A DNA stretch of 63,995 nucleotides, the filler included, from an uncultured Myxococcia bacterium (GTDB lineage: Bacteria; CAZTWC01): NCBI GenBank assembly GCA_964617105.1. It is 14 parts of 14 records of this genome, joined end to end, with 100 filler letters (N's around TTAATTAATTAA, not from the genome) between each part and the next. Parts side by side here need not be neighbours in the genome. Positions count along the whole stretch, not along the records: positions 19,255 to 23,838 come from CAZTWC010000289.1; positions 23,939 to 28,520 come from CAZTWC010000290.1; positions 28,621 to 33,177 come from CAZTWC010000291.1; 11 more parts are not named here. One strand, 5' to 3'. A model generated the notes under the pieces. That model had not been told where the DNA came from and made no database searches. It was given only the letters and a program-made list of their open reading frames with translations. Every line of letters starts with the position of its first letter. Position 1 is the stretch's first letter. Position numbers and translations under genes: made by a program. Of the stretch, positions 20,252 to 30,879 are shown piece by piece.

Positions 20252-21148
20252 TTAATCCAACTCCAGGTTTGGCAGGATATAAGTTGGCTTGAAAGAGGAG
20301 ATCCATTGAAAATCCTCGGCCCGGTTAAGTCCGGTCTGCACCATGGCGGAATCGATACCAAAATCGTAAGCGCCTTTAATATCGGTCCAAACCTGATCGC
20401 CAATCATTACCATCTTTTTTTGAACCTGCTGCCGGGAAAATCCGCACCTTGAAACTACTTCGGCAAAGATAGGAGCATAGGGTTTGCCCAAACGGACAAA
20501 CTTCAAATCGGATCGGCCCGGATACCTGATCTGCAAAGCTTTTTCCAACATCAAGGCCATGCTGCCGCTGGTGAATCCAAACTCCTGGCTACTCTTGGGA
20601 TAGATAAAGTCTGGATTGGGCAAGAGCATAACCAGCGATTCTGAGCGATCAAATTTGGCAAACAACAAACTTAAAACCTGGTCCATTACCTCTAAAAAGG
20701 GGAAACCCATCTCATCACATACAATCAGCGCATCAACCGCAGCCGGGTCGATCTTGCCGGCCATCTCAGGAGAAATCACCTCACCACCGGCCTCTTTAAC
20801 ATAACCAAGGGAGTCTTCCGGACCCAACACCAGGCTGCGGCAGCCTTGAAGATTATGACTCTGAAAGTACCCTTTTATCAATGAACCGGTGGTTATAATT
20901 CGTTCCGGGCATATATCTATATTAAAATCTCTAAAACGGCGGGTAACGGCATCTTGAAGTTTAGAGGCATCATTAGTAAGAATATAATACTCTTTATCAC
21001 GCTGATTTAATTCCTGGATAAATTGGCGGGCAGTGGGCAGTGGGCCTTGTATGGTCATTAGTACACCGTAGGAATCTAGCAGGATCACCTGATAAGTGTC
21101 GATAATTTCCCTGGCAGAAATACTCGGTATTGATAAAGATTTTTCCAT
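20252..21148 (-). CDS. HAD-IIA family hydrolase (NagD-like)
   Basis: LLDSYGVL, LTNDAS, NPD, GKPYAPIF and MIGDQVWTDIKGA motifs. Confidence 0.9.
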   Translation of the reverse strand: MEKSLSIPSISAREIIDTYQVILLDSYGVLMTIQGPLPTARQFIQELNQRDKEYYILTNDASKLQDAVTRRFRDFNIDICPERIITTGSLIKGYFQSHNLQGCRSLVLGPEDSLGYVKEAGGEVISPEMAGKIDPAAVDALIVCDEMGFPFLEVMDQVLSLLFAKFDRSESLVMLLPNPDFIYPKSSQEFGFTSGSMALMLEKALQIRYPGRSDLKFVRLGKPYAPIFAEVVSRCGFSRQQVQKKMVMIGDQVWTDIKGAYDFGIDSAMVQTGLNRAEDFQWISSFKPTYILPNLELD

Positions 21149-21223
21149 TTAAGGGCTCGCTAAAAAATAGGTTTACATTTCCTCTTTTGACTAATTGCTT
21201 ATATTGCCATATAATCTCTTGCC

Positions 21224-21721
21224 ATGAAACAAAAAAATATCTTCATATCCATGGGTTCAAATATAGGAGACCCATCAGAAAACTGCCTCCAGGCCCTGAA
21301 ACGTTTGGAGCATCAGGAGGATATGAATATAAATAGGGTATCATCTTTATATCAAAGCCCACCCTGGGGAAAGACCGGCCAACCACCTTTTGTCAACCTG
21401 GTCCTGGAGATTGAAACCCAACTTAATCCCCATCAGCTTCTACGATGTTTGCAACGGCAGGAAAAGGAGATGGGCAGAGAACGAAAAGAGAGATGGGGTC
21501 CTCGAATAATCGACCTGGATATTATTTTTTTCAATCAATGTATTATTGCCACCGAAGATTTAACCATCCCTCATCCTTTGGCTGATCAACGCAATTTTGT
21601 GCTGACCCCGTTAAAAGAAATAGCCCAAAATTTTGTCCACCCTCTACTATCTATGACCGTCAGCCAGTTACTGAAAAATTGTCCCGACACCTCTATAGTG
21701 ATCAAAAAGGATTTATTGTGA
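21224..21721 (+). CDS. folK: 2-amino-4-hydroxy-6-hydroxymethyldihydropteridine diphosphokinase
   Basis: SMGSNIG, SSLY.S.PWG, RWGPRIIDLDII and IPHP...RNFVL.PL motifs. Confidence 0.97.
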   Translation: MKQKNIFISMGSNIGDPSENCLQALKRLEHQEDMNINRVSSLYQSPPWGKTGQPPFVNLVLEIETQLNPHQLLRCLQRQEKEMGRERKERWGPRIIDLDIIFFNQCIIATEDLTIPHPLADQRNFVLTPLKEIAQNFVHPLLSMTVSQLLKNCPDTSIVIKKDLL

Positions 21722-23202
21722 AAACCGACCAAAACCAGGACACTTTTACCCTAACTTACTGGATGCTCAACCTTATCGAGATGTTTGAACGGCTGGCCTA
21801 TTTTAGCATGCGGGCGGTAGTTCCCGTTTATGTCATGCAGGCAGATGACCCAGGCGGACTACACTTTACCGCTGCCATGAAAGGCACTATCTACGCCTGG
21901 TGGTTTATCTTCCAATCGATTCTACCCACCTTTACCGGCGGGTATGCTGATAGGTACGGTTATAAGAAAACTCTGGCTTTTGCCATCACTCTCAACATTA
22001 TCGGCTATGTTATGATGGCCTATTTACGCACCTATGTGGAATTTTTTGCCGCAGTTTTGGTATTGGCCACTGGCACCGCCTTTTTTAAACCAAGCCTGCA
22101 GGGTTCTTTGGCTCAAAACCTAACCAAAAAGACCTCCTCTATAGGATGGGGAATATTTTACTGGGTGGTAAATATCGGCGCTGCTATCGGCCCCTTTCTC
22201 GCCACCGCTATTTTGGGAGATCCTCACTCCATGAAAACCTGGCGTTGGCTTTTTTTGACCTCTGCTATCATCACCTCCCTTAACTACCTGGTTCTATTTA
22301 CTTTTAAAGATGTACCCTCCGGCGCCTCCAAAGTAGAAAATGCCCTACAAGTGTTTAAAAGGACTATCACCAACATTGTGGAGCCGCGGCTGGTGGCTTT
22401 TTTACTAATCATGTCCTGTTTTTGGTTGATGATGTATCAACTATGGGATTTACACCCCAATTTTATCGCAGACTGGGTGGACTCCTCCTCAATCGCTGCT
22501 CTTTTGCCCGTTGATGGCTGGAAAATGAACACCGAACGGGGGATTATGGTTCCTCAGCAGATTTTACTCAATTTAAATGCCCTGTTTATAATTATCTTTA
22601 TGGTGCCACTTTCCTGGCTGGTACGCCGCATGAAAACTCTTAGTTGCATGTTAATCGGTATGTCGGTTGCCACCATGGGCATATTGATTGCGGGTTTGAC
22701 TGGAAGCGGTTGGATTTTGCTTTTAGGAATAATATTTTTCTCCAGTGGCGAAATGCTCACCGGTCCCAAGAAGAACGAATATCTGGGCCTGATAGCACCC
22801 CCGGGCAAAAAAGGACTCTATTTGGGTTATGTCAACATTCCGGTGGGAATCGGCGGTTTTATTGGAGCCAAATTAGCCGGCTATCTGTATGGCAATTTTG
22901 GTGAAAAAGCCACTTTGGCCTTAAAATATATTGCTCAGCATACCCCCTATGGCCAGGGAAAAAACTGGGACGGTCGACTCTCCACTCTGGAGAACAGCCT
23001 GGGAATCTCCCGCATCGAGGCTATGACCCAATTACAACAGATGCTAGATTTGGACGCTGTGCAGGCAACCCAACTACTCTGGAATACCTACAACCCCCAA
23101 TACACGGTTTGGCTCCCCTTTGCCGCCATCGGTATCGGTGCTATTGTAGCCCTGGTGATTTTTAATCAGATGGCAAAAAAATGGAAAGACATGAATGTTT
23201 GA
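21718..23202 (+). CDS. MFS transporter (POT/peptide-like)
   Basis: EMFERLAY, GGYADRYG and FYWVVNIG motifs; many TM segments; GTG start overlaps the folK stop. Confidence 0.88.
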   Translation: MKTDQNQDTFTLTYWMLNLIEMFERLAYFSMRAVVPVYVMQADDPGGLHFTAAMKGTIYAWWFIFQSILPTFTGGYADRYGYKKTLAFAITLNIIGYVMMAYLRTYVEFFAAVLVLATGTAFFKPSLQGSLAQNLTKKTSSIGWGIFYWVVNIGAAIGPFLATAILGDPHSMKTWRWLFLTSAIITSLNYLVLFTFKDVPSGASKVENALQVFKRTITNIVEPRLVAFLLIMSCFWLMMYQLWDLHPNFIADWVDSSSIAALLPVDGWKMNTERGIMVPQQILLNLNALFIIIFMVPLSWLVRRMKTLSCMLIGMSVATMGILIAGLTGSGWILLLGIIFFSSGEMLTGPKKNEYLGLIAPPGKKGLYLGYVNIPVGIGGFIGAKLAGYLYGNFGEKATLALKYIAQHTPYGQGKNWDGRLSTLENSLGISRIEAMTQLQQMLDLDAVQATQLLWNTYNPQYTVWLPFAAIGIGAIVALVIFNQMAKKWKDMNV

Positions 23203-23247
23203 TAAATAGTCAACCCGGGAATGAAATCCCAGGTATTCTTTTCGTTC

Positions 23248-23838
23248 TTATAGCCTGAGACCCTCTACCGGGTTAACGCTGGCTGCCTGGCGGGCGGGAT
23301 ATATGGTGGCTAGAAAACTTATCAACACCGCGGCCAGAGAAACCGCCGCCACTTCTAAAGGTTTGGTTTTGGTGTTCAGGCTGGCTAAAAAATAGATCTC
23401 CTCATCCAGAGATATTCCATAGTTAGAGATAATAAAACAGAGCAAAAGGCCGCAAATATTCCCCAGTACAGTGCCGATAATACCTATGACCAACCCCTCG
23501 TAAATAAAAATCCGCAAAACACCTCCCCTGGTGGCGCCCAGGGAGATGAGCATGGATATCTCCCGCTCTTTTTCCATTACAATCATAGTCAGGGAACTGA
23601 TTATGCTAAAAGAGGCCACCAGAATAATAAAGGTCAAAATAATGCTCAAAACTATTTTTTGCAGCCTTAATGCACTGAATAAATTCCGGTTCAATTGAGC
23701 CCAGTCCCGGGTTCGATAGGGAAAATTGTCTAATTTTTCTAAAACCTGATTACAAATTTGTTTACTTTGATATATGTCGGCCAATTTCAATTCAATGCCA
23801 GTGACGGTCTTAGGCAGATGAAAGAAGTTTTGGGCATT
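23248..23838 (-). CDS. LolC/E-type lipoprotein-releasing ABC permease; 5' partial
   Basis: DW..LNRNLFSAL...K, IVMEKEREI..L.SLGA and ATIYPARQAA..NPVEGLR motifs. Confidence 0.9.
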   Translation of the reverse strand, partial: NAQNFFHLPKTVTGIELKLADIYQSKQICNQVLEKLDNFPYRTRDWAQLNRNLFSALRLQKIVLSIILTFIILVASFSIISSLTMIVMEKEREISMLISLGATRGGVLRIFIYEGLVIGIIGTVLGNICGLLLCFIISNYGISLDEEIYFLASLNTKTKPLEVAAVSLAAVLISFLATIYPARQAASVNPVEGLRL

Positions 23839-23938
23839 NNNNNNNNNNNNNNNNNNNNNNNNNNNNNNNNNNNNNNNNNNNNTTAATTAATTAANNNNNN
23901 NNNNNNNNNNNNNNNNNNNNNNNNNNNNNNNNNNNNNN

Positions 23939-24526
23939 TTTGTTTGGATCCGGGCAATGTACGATTGGGTGCTGCACTGGGCGGAAACCCCTTATGGTGT
24001 GCCGGCTCTGGTAATTTTGTCATTTGCGGAGTCCTCTTTTTTTCCGGTGCCGCCAGACGTGTTGCTCATCGCTCTGGCAATCGGCGCCCGCCGAAAGAGT
24101 TTCCTTTTGGCTTTCTACTGCTCCATAGCCTCGGTAATCGGAGGTATGCTGGGTTACTTTATTGGCTGGGGAGCCTATGAAACTGTGGGTCGCCCAATTG
24201 TCGATTTCTACCACGGCCAGGAGGTGATGGAAAAAATCAGACTTCTTTACGGAGAATATGGTTTTTGGGGCGTTCTCTGGGCGGCAATAACCCCCATACC
24301 ATATAAAATATTCACCATCTCCTCTGGTATATTCAATTTCAATTTCACCACTTTTATGGCGGCCTCCGTAATCGGTCGTTCTTTTCGTTTCTTTTTAGTA
24401 GCCGGTTTAATCTATATGTTTGGCGCTGGAATCAAGAAGTTTATTGACCGTTATTTTAACCTGCTCACTATTGTATTTATGATTCTGCTGGTGGGTGGTT
24501 TTGTGGTGGTAAAATGGCTAGTTTAG
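23939..24526 (+). CDS. YqaA/DedA (VTT domain) membrane protein; 5' end at contig edge
   Basis: SFAESSFFPVPPDVLL, TPIPYKIFTI and GRSFRFF motifs. Confidence 0.92.
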   Translation, partial: FVWIRAMYDWVLHWAETPYGVPALVILSFAESSFFPVPPDVLLIALAIGARRKSFLLAFYCSIASVIGGMLGYFIGWGAYETVGRPIVDFYHGQEVMEKIRLLYGEYGFWGVLWAAITPIPYKIFTISSGIFNFNFTTFMAASVIGRSFRFFLVAGLIYMFGAGIKKFIDRYFNLLTIVFMILLVGGFVVVKWLV

Positions 24527-25311
24527 TACCTTTTCGAAAAACTAACCGTCGCTGTCCAGTCAGTGAAGTCAACTCCAAGACCGGGGATGGATGGAAACTG
24601 GCATTGATGGTGTTGCTGACAATTTTACTGTTCGGCAATCTCTCGTGCCAGCGTCATATCAAGGCTTCCCTGGCGGAAATCACAGCCCGGGGTGTTTTTC
24701 ACAAAGTGAACAGCGGTGAAAATCTCTGGAGTATCTGCCAGCGCTATCGGGCCGACATAGAAGAGGTGTCCCGGTTAAATCAAATTCAGGAACCAACTAC
24801 CATCAAACCGGGACTGGTAATTTTTATCCCAAATGTAACTCGAAATTCAAAGGCTAATAAACCAAAGCCTCCTAAAAAACGGTACCAGCGGCCTAGAAAA
24901 GTCAGATGGAAAAATTCTCCACCCAACTATACCGGCCGCAAACTGTCCTGGCCGGTGCGCGGAATTATCACCAGTCGTTATGGGGTCAGAAGAGGCAGAA
25001 GGCACGATGGAATAGATATCGCCTGCCCGGAAGGAACCCCCATCAAAGCGGTGGCTAACGGAGAGGTGACCTATAGTTCTAATGGTTTCAGAGGTTACGG
25101 TAATATCATCATTATCCAGCACAGCAAAACCATCTCAACCATTTATGCTCACAACCAGGTAAACAGGGTTAATAAAGGGGAGTTGGTAAAAAGAGGGGAA
25201 ATAATCGGCCGGGTCGGAAAAACCGGCCGGGTTAGAGGTAAGGGGGCGCATCTCCATTTTGAAGTGAGGGCAAGAGGAAAAGCCCAGAATCCACTCCGTT
25301 ATCTGAAGTGA
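24514..25311 (+). CDS. LysM + M23 peptidase lipoprotein (NlpD-like); start uncertain
   Basis: Lipobox LSC; LysM HKVNSGENLWSI; WPVRG, HDGIDI, YAH and HLHFEVR motifs. Confidence 0.92.
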   Translation: MASLVPFRKTNRRCPVSEVNSKTGDGWKLALMVLLTILLFGNLSCQRHIKASLAEITARGVFHKVNSGENLWSICQRYRADIEEVSRLNQIQEPTTIKPGLVIFIPNVTRNSKANKPKPPKKRYQRPRKVRWKNSPPNYTGRKLSWPVRGIITSRYGVRRGRRHDGIDIACPEGTPIKAVANGEVTYSSNGFRGYGNIIIIQHSKTISTIYAHNQVNRVNKGELVKRGEIIGRVGKTGRVRGKGAHLHFEVRARGKAQNPLRYLK

Positions 25312-25370
25312 AACAAATTGAAAAAAAATTACTCGTGCCTGATTTTAAGGCAGATTTGGTCGCAACGATT

Positions 25371-25727
25371 TTAATATTTTTGTTCGCATTCAGCCACTAA
25401 CCTATCAACCTCGCTGGGATCAATATAGGTAAGTTTGTAATTTTTAAGGGTGGAGAGGGTATCGTATTTGACTCCTCTGAATTTATACCGTTCTATTTCG
25501 GTTTTCATCCTGATTATCCGAGTCAATTTACCCATCTTGATATTAACCGCAGAGTATATTTTTTGATAACACCGGTACAATTTATACAAATCTTTTTCTG
25601 ACCGCTCTTTTTGCACTCCGCCCTGCATGCCGGAAGAGTTTGATTGGCTATACAAATAACAACCGCTAACAGTAGTCAACACCAGGCTGAAAAAAACAAA
25701 AAAAATGGTCGCTTTTGTCATTTGCAT
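25371..25727 (-). CDS. hypothetical lipoprotein
   Basis: Hydrophobic signal ending VSGC; AAGGAG RBS; no recognised domain. Confidence 0.6.
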   Translation of the reverse strand: MQMTKATIFFVFFSLVLTTVSGCYLYSQSNSSGMQGGVQKERSEKDLYKLYRCYQKIYSAVNIKMGKLTRIIRMKTEIERYKFRGVKYDTLSTLKNYKLTYIDPSEVDRLVAECEQKY

Positions 25728-25785
25728 CTATTAACTCCTTTGTCTTTGAGACTATTGATGGCTCCTGATAAATCATTATCAATTA

Positions 25786-26196
25786 TCAGCCAGCGGTATA
25801 ATTTTCCTTTACCTCTTCTAACAATTCATCGATCATGGTAATTAGTACAATATCTTCAAATGGTTTGACGCAGAAATAAGAAGCACCCAATTGGTGAGCT
25901 TTAAAAAAGACGTCTTTGGTTAAAGCACCGCTGATGATAATAAAAGGCAGATTCTTGTTTTTTTTGGTTAAAACCCGCAGCATAGAGAGCCCGTCCATCA
26001 TAGGCATATCGGTATCCAAAGTGATAAAAGTGGGACTATGCTGGTAATATAACCGCATCCCTTGAGCCCCATTTTCCGCTTCTGCCAACACCTGTATACC
26101 ACATGCTTCACAGACTCGCTTTATCTCGGCTCTTGTCTGGAGATCATTGTCAATAATTATTGTAGTGCCTCTAATATTTTTATTCATAATAGTCAA
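25786..26196 (-). CDS. single-domain response regulator (CheY-like receiver)
   Basis: IIIDND, EAENG, LDTDMPMMDG, IIISG and KPF motifs. Confidence 0.9.
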   Translation of the reverse strand: MTIMNKNIRGTTIIIDNDLQTRAEIKRVCEACGIQVLAEAENGAQGMRLYYQHSPTFITLDTDMPMMDGLSMLRVLTKKNKNLPFIIISGALTKDVFFKAHQLGASYFCVKPFEDIVLITMIDELLEEVKENYTAG

Positions 26197-26376
26197 GAGA
26201 AAATGATTAAGTCATTGATAGAGTCCAAAATTATTATTATATTATATGATAATCACTCATTAATCACCAACTTTTATTATAATATTTTTTACGGAAGATC
26301 AAAATCTTTTTATAATCCTGGCAGCAATTTTCAAAAAAAACTGGAAAGTAAAAGTGAAAATAGTATAATGCCCTAA

Positions 26377-26436
26377 CTAGAGTGTCCGTCCGGGAATCAA
26401 CTTCGTCGCAGAAGGGGGTTTTCGGACAGGAACTAG
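26377..26436. repeat. 60-bp CTAG-flanked palindromic miniature element in the thrS leader region
   Basis: CTAGAGTGTCCGTCCG...TCGGACAGGAACTAG with imperfect inverted ends; homologous to the copies at 5632 and 38828. Confidence 0.75.
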
Positions 26437-26499
26437 ATTGATGCAACTGAACCAATAGAAATCAAGCACTTTACCGCCACTGATAGAAAGGTATATCGA

Positions 26500-28248
26500 A
26501 TGACTGAAAAAACTGCATTGCCCTCATTGGAAACTATCCGGCACTCTACCGCTCATATTATGGCTAGCGCGGTGTTAGAGATGTTCCCCGATGCAAAAAT
26601 AGGGATTGGTCCATCCATAGATGATGGTTTTTACTATGATTTCGATTTGCCCAGGAGCCTCACTGATGAGGATTTGAAAGTTCTGGAAAAACGCACCCGG
26701 AAATTGATTAAGAATAAAATCAAATTTGAACGGCAGGTGATTTCCAGAAAGGAAGCGCAGCAACTCTTTCAAGAACAAGAGTATAAACAGGAGTTAATTG
26801 AGGAGTTGCCAGAGAACGAGGAGATAACGATTTATAAAAGCGGAGAATTTATTGACCTGTGCCGCGGCCCCCATGTGGCCCACAGCGCCAAGATAAAGGC
26901 TAATGCAGTCAAACTTCTCAGCGTGGCTGGAGCCTACTGGCGTGGCGATGAAAACCGAAAAATGCTGCAACGTATTTATGGCACTGCCTTTAATAATGTG
27001 GAAGAGTTGAACCTTCACCTAAAAAAGTTGGAAGATATTAAAAAGCGGGACCATCGCAATCTTGGTCGGGATATGGACCTCTTTTCCATCCATCCCGATG
27101 CTGGATCGGGTCTAATCTACTGGCATCCCAAAGGGGCCAGAATCAGAACGATTATAGAAAGTTTTTGGAAGGATGAACATATCAAATCTGGTTACCAACT
27201 GGTGATCAGTCCTCATATAGGCCGTTCCTGGCTGTGGGAAAAATCTGGGCATTTGGACTGTTTTAAAGAATTGATGTACTCTCCCATGGAAATAGATGGA
27301 GAGGACTACTATCTAAAACCGATGAACTGTCCTTTCCACATATTGATCTATAAATCACGCAAATATTCCTACCGCAACCTGCCCGTTCGCTGGGCTGAAT
27401 TGGGTACGGTTTACCGTTACGAGCGCTCCGGCGTGCTTCATGGTTTGCTGCGGGTTAGAGGTTTTACCCAGGATGACGCCCATATCATTTGTACTCCGGA
27501 ACAGATCGAGGAGGAGATTCTCCAAGTCATCAAATTCTCCCTATCGATGTGGAAAAATTTTGGTTTTACTGAGATTAAAGGTTATTTAGCCACCCGGCCC
27601 GATAAAAGTGTGGGTGACCATCAACGCTGGGACCAGGCTATCTCATCTTTGCAAAAAGCCGCCCAGGCTGTAAATCTGGATCTGGAGATCGATGAGGGCG
27701 GCGGCGCATTTTATGGGCCAAAAATCGACCTGAAAATAAAAGACGCCTTGGGACGAGAATGGCAGATGACAACTATCCAGTTTGACTTCAACCTGCCGGA
27801 ACGGTTCGAGATGTCTTATATTGGCGATGACGGGAAAAAGCACCGGCCCTACATGGTTCACCGAGCCCTTTTGGGTTCGCTGGAGCGGTTCATGGGAGTT
27901 TTAATCGAGCACTATGGCGGTGCTTTTCCTGTGTGGCTGATGCCCACCCAGGCTATGGTTATCCCCATCATGCCTGAATGCAACGATTATGCAGAAAAGA
28001 TTGAATTAAAACTACAAGAAGCCGGGATCAGAGTAGAGGCAGATTATTCTCGGGAAAGATTCAACGCCAAAATACGAGATGCCCAAATCCAAAAAATACC
28101 CTATATGCTTATTTTAGGTAAAAACGAAAAAGAGCAGGGATTGGTATCTATGCGATTAAGAAAAAATCAGAAAATAAATGATATCAGCCTGGATAAAGCC
28201 ATTGAATTAATTAAACGCGCCGATGCAGAAAAAACATGGGGCGCCTAA
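26500..28248 (+). CDS. thrS: threonine--tRNA ligase (short form lacking the N-terminal TGS domain)
   Basis: RHSTAH, DLCRGPH, KRDHR, KPMNCP, RVRGFTQDDAH, AFYGPK and VHRA..GS.ERF motifs. Confidence 0.98.
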   Translation: MTEKTALPSLETIRHSTAHIMASAVLEMFPDAKIGIGPSIDDGFYYDFDLPRSLTDEDLKVLEKRTRKLIKNKIKFERQVISRKEAQQLFQEQEYKQELIEELPENEEITIYKSGEFIDLCRGPHVAHSAKIKANAVKLLSVAGAYWRGDENRKMLQRIYGTAFNNVEELNLHLKKLEDIKKRDHRNLGRDMDLFSIHPDAGSGLIYWHPKGARIRTIIESFWKDEHIKSGYQLVISPHIGRSWLWEKSGHLDCFKELMYSPMEIDGEDYYLKPMNCPFHILIYKSRKYSYRNLPVRWAELGTVYRYERSGVLHGLLRVRGFTQDDAHIICTPEQIEEEILQVIKFSLSMWKNFGFTEIKGYLATRPDKSVGDHQRWDQAISSLQKAAQAVNLDLEIDEGGGAFYGPKIDLKIKDALGREWQMTTIQFDFNLPERFEMSYIGDDGKKHRPYMVHRALLGSLERFMGVLIEHYGGAFPVWLMPTQAMVIPIMPECNDYAEKIELKLQEAGIRVEADYSRERFNAKIRDAQIQKIPYMLILGKNEKEQGLVSMRLRKNQKINDISLDKAIELIKRADAEKTWGA

Positions 28249-28305
28249 CTGGTGAAGATGCATCCGAATACAATCAAGAATTTGGATGAATCGCCTCCGA
28301 ATTCT

Positions 28306-28520
28306 TTAACGTTGGAAGAAGTGGAGTGAACAACGCCGCTTGCGCAACTCTGCTACCGAAGGATTCAATTTGATCAATCCGATAACTTCGGAACTCTTTC
28401 CTCGCTCCACATTGACGATTAAACTATTTAAGGCCTTGACCGTTTCGTAGATGCCCAGTCCAGCCCCCTTGGTGTTCATACTGACTTTTCCCCTGCCCCG
28501 ACTGCCACATTTTTTCAACT
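28306..28520 (-). CDS. C-terminal fragment of a histidine-kinase-like ATPase (HATPase) domain protein
   Basis: GAGLG G-box followed by IVNVERGKSSEVIGLI...SLHFF; cut by the contig end. Confidence 0.55.
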
Positions 28521-28620
28521 NNNNNNNNNNNNNNNNNNNNNNNNNNNNNNNNNNNNNNNNNNNNTTAATTAATTAANNNNNNNNNNNNNNNNNNNNNNNN
28601 NNNNNNNNNNNNNNNNNNNN

Positions 28621-29670
28621 GCCCACCTGAGGTGTAAAACCCCTGACCTCAGCGAATCTTTTATCCTTTTGAACAATTTTATTCACCAATTGTGCAAGCC
28701 GGGTGGGCACTGGCATAGGAGTGACTTCACCTTCTATATCAAGATAGTTAAGGTCACCATTTCCCAGGCATTCAAGTCCAACAATTACTGTAGATTCTCG
28801 GTCCCAAACCTTTTTTTTAGCCCGGGCCAAAGCATCGCTGCCCCCCATGCCGGCTTCTTCTGCTCCGGTGGCTACAAAAACCAATTCCACCTCTGGATGT
28901 TTTCGTTTTAAAAAGCGGGAAGCCAACACCAGCAGGCCGGCAACTGCACTCAGGTCGTCATTAGCGCCCGGAACCAGCCGCTTACTCAATACCGTTTCCA
29001 GAGTCATGGCAAAGGCTAGGAAGGTGGGGATAGATACCAACATCTCCAGCGGCCGTAAGGGCCAGCTCAAAGGTCCGGTTAAACAGCGCAACAGGTCGCT
29101 GGCAGCCAGGGCAAATTGAGACTGAACGGCAAACCTGAGAGGCCGTTCCATAATCTTGCTTATAACCGGCAGTTCTACCCCCATCAAGGCTTTTATAACT
29201 TTTGGATTAAACATCAGTCCGGTAAAGGCGGCATCCACATGAGCGCACACCACAATTCGCAATCGGGGTTTGTTTTTAGCGGGCAAAGTGGCAATAACAT
29301 TCTGAGACTTTTTAAAGGGAAAAATTCGCCTGAGAATATAGGCTTTTCGATTGGAATCAGCCCAGTAAGAGATGCCGCAAAGGGTATGCAGAAAAAAAGC
29401 GGCCAGGGGGGCTACCCCGGAAATCAACGTTCCCAGGGAGCCGGCGCCAAAGTGCAAGACTATATTGGCATAGAGATTATCATTAAATAAGAACTCCTCA
29501 ACCCGGGTGGAAAGACCCAGTTTGGCAAATTCATCCCGCACCATCATAGAGGCACGATATTCATCAAGGCTGGTGGCCTGGCGCTCAGGACACTGCTCCA
29601 AAATCTGCTTTATAAACTCTTCTATGTAAGAAGACTCCTGAGATATAGTTGGTAACTTGTTTTTTTTCAA
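28621..29670 (-). CDS. M28 family membrane-associated peptidase; 3' partial
   Basis: NVIA, AHVDA, PGANDDLSAV and GAEEAG motifs. Confidence 0.88.
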
Positions 29671-29804
29671 CTTGCACCTGACTTTTCATATTGCAAAATA
29701 ATACTACAACACAATAATTGCGTTTGCTCAAGAATTAAGGTAACTCCTGCTGCCAAGTTTGCAGCGATCTTGCCTCTTTTGATTAGACATGATAATTTTT
29801 TAAC

Positions 29805-30584
29805 ATGATTGCCACCAACCAAATCCATCTCTGGTATCTCTTTCCCCATTTGGTACAACACTCAGAATTAAAAAATAACTATTTCTCAATTTTAAGTGCT
29901 GATGAACAAAAAAAGTATCTCTCTTTCTCTACTCTGAAGACCAGAACCAGCCCAAAAAAACAATATTTTCTCTCCCGTCTTTTTCTTAGGCAGGTGCTGG
30001 CCCCCTATTGCCACCTTTCGCCCGGAGAGTTGGAATTTATAACCAATAGCCACGGCCGGCCGGAACTGAACCAGGATTCAAGACAAAATCTGCCGGTTCG
30101 GTTCAATCTCTCCCACACTTTTCAAAGAGTGGGGGATAGAATGGATGAAACAATGGGTATCATGGTCTGCGCTGTAACCCTGAATAATGATATTGGCGTT
30201 GATGTGGAATATCTATACCGGCAGGTTGACCACCTGGCCCTGGCCCAACGTTTTTTTACCTTTCAGGAGGCCGAGATACTTGCAGCACTGCCGGCAGATG
30301 AACGAGCAAAAAGATTCTTTTTCTATTGGACCCTGAAAGAGGCTTACTTGAAAGCCAGGGGACAGGGGATTTCATTGGGACTGGATCATATCTCTATCCA
30401 CAATATTTCTATTTCAGATAACTCAGCCACTCAAAATTTTACCAAAAAAAATCATATAGATACCTGGGATTTCTTTATCCCTTTTGTTAACCCTGATTAC
30501 CAGGTGGCAGTGGCTATAAAAAACAATTATAGAGAGCCAAAAATATTAACCTGTCATCAATTTACCTTCACAGAACCGGAATAA
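29805..30584 (+). CDS. Sfp/HetI-type 4'-phosphopantetheinyl transferase
   Basis: HGRP, FNLSHT, IGVDVE and FFFYWTLKEAYLKARG.G motifs. Confidence 0.94.
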   Translation: MIATNQIHLWYLFPHLVQHSELKNNYFSILSADEQKKYLSFSTLKTRTSPKKQYFLSRLFLRQVLAPYCHLSPGELEFITNSHGRPELNQDSRQNLPVRFNLSHTFQRVGDRMDETMGIMVCAVTLNNDIGVDVEYLYRQVDHLALAQRFFTFQEAEILAALPADERAKRFFFYWTLKEAYLKARGQGISLGLDHISIHNISISDNSATQNFTKKNHIDTWDFFIPFVNPDYQVAVAIKNNYREPKILTCHQFTFTEPE

Positions 30585-30701
30585 CTGCCAACGGTTGACC
30601 AGAACCAGGAATAGTTGCTGATTCTCCATCCTTCGGCAGCAGTTAGAATAGCAGGAAAAGTTAATTTTTCTAGAGGTTTAGCGAAGCATAAAATATTCTG
30701 A

Positions 30702-30730
30702 TTGCTGTTAACCGTTCCTTTGCGTATAAT
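30702..30730 (+). promoter_or_regulatory. putative sigma70 promoter for the endonuclease gene
   Basis: TTGCTG-17 bp-TATAAT. Confidence 0.5.
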
Positions 30731-30879
30731 AGATCATTGAGGTTAACCAGTGAGATTGATTAACCTATCAATAACGCTGTGAAATCCTGGCCCTGTCAGG
30801 AATAAAATTATCTCTTTTGGTAAATTTGTCAAGAATCCTAATACTTTAGTTTAAATTCCTATACTTTAGTTTAAACAGT

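Noticed and set aside
26200-26499. T-box riboswitch upstream of thrS
   Set aside because: No T-box consensus or terminator/antiterminator was seen; the structure present is the repeat element.
29805-30584. Sfp-type PPTase as evidence of a local NRPS/PKS cluster or a link to the radical SAM unit
   Set aside because: No carrier-protein synthase genes are on its contig, and adjacency across spacers carries no information.
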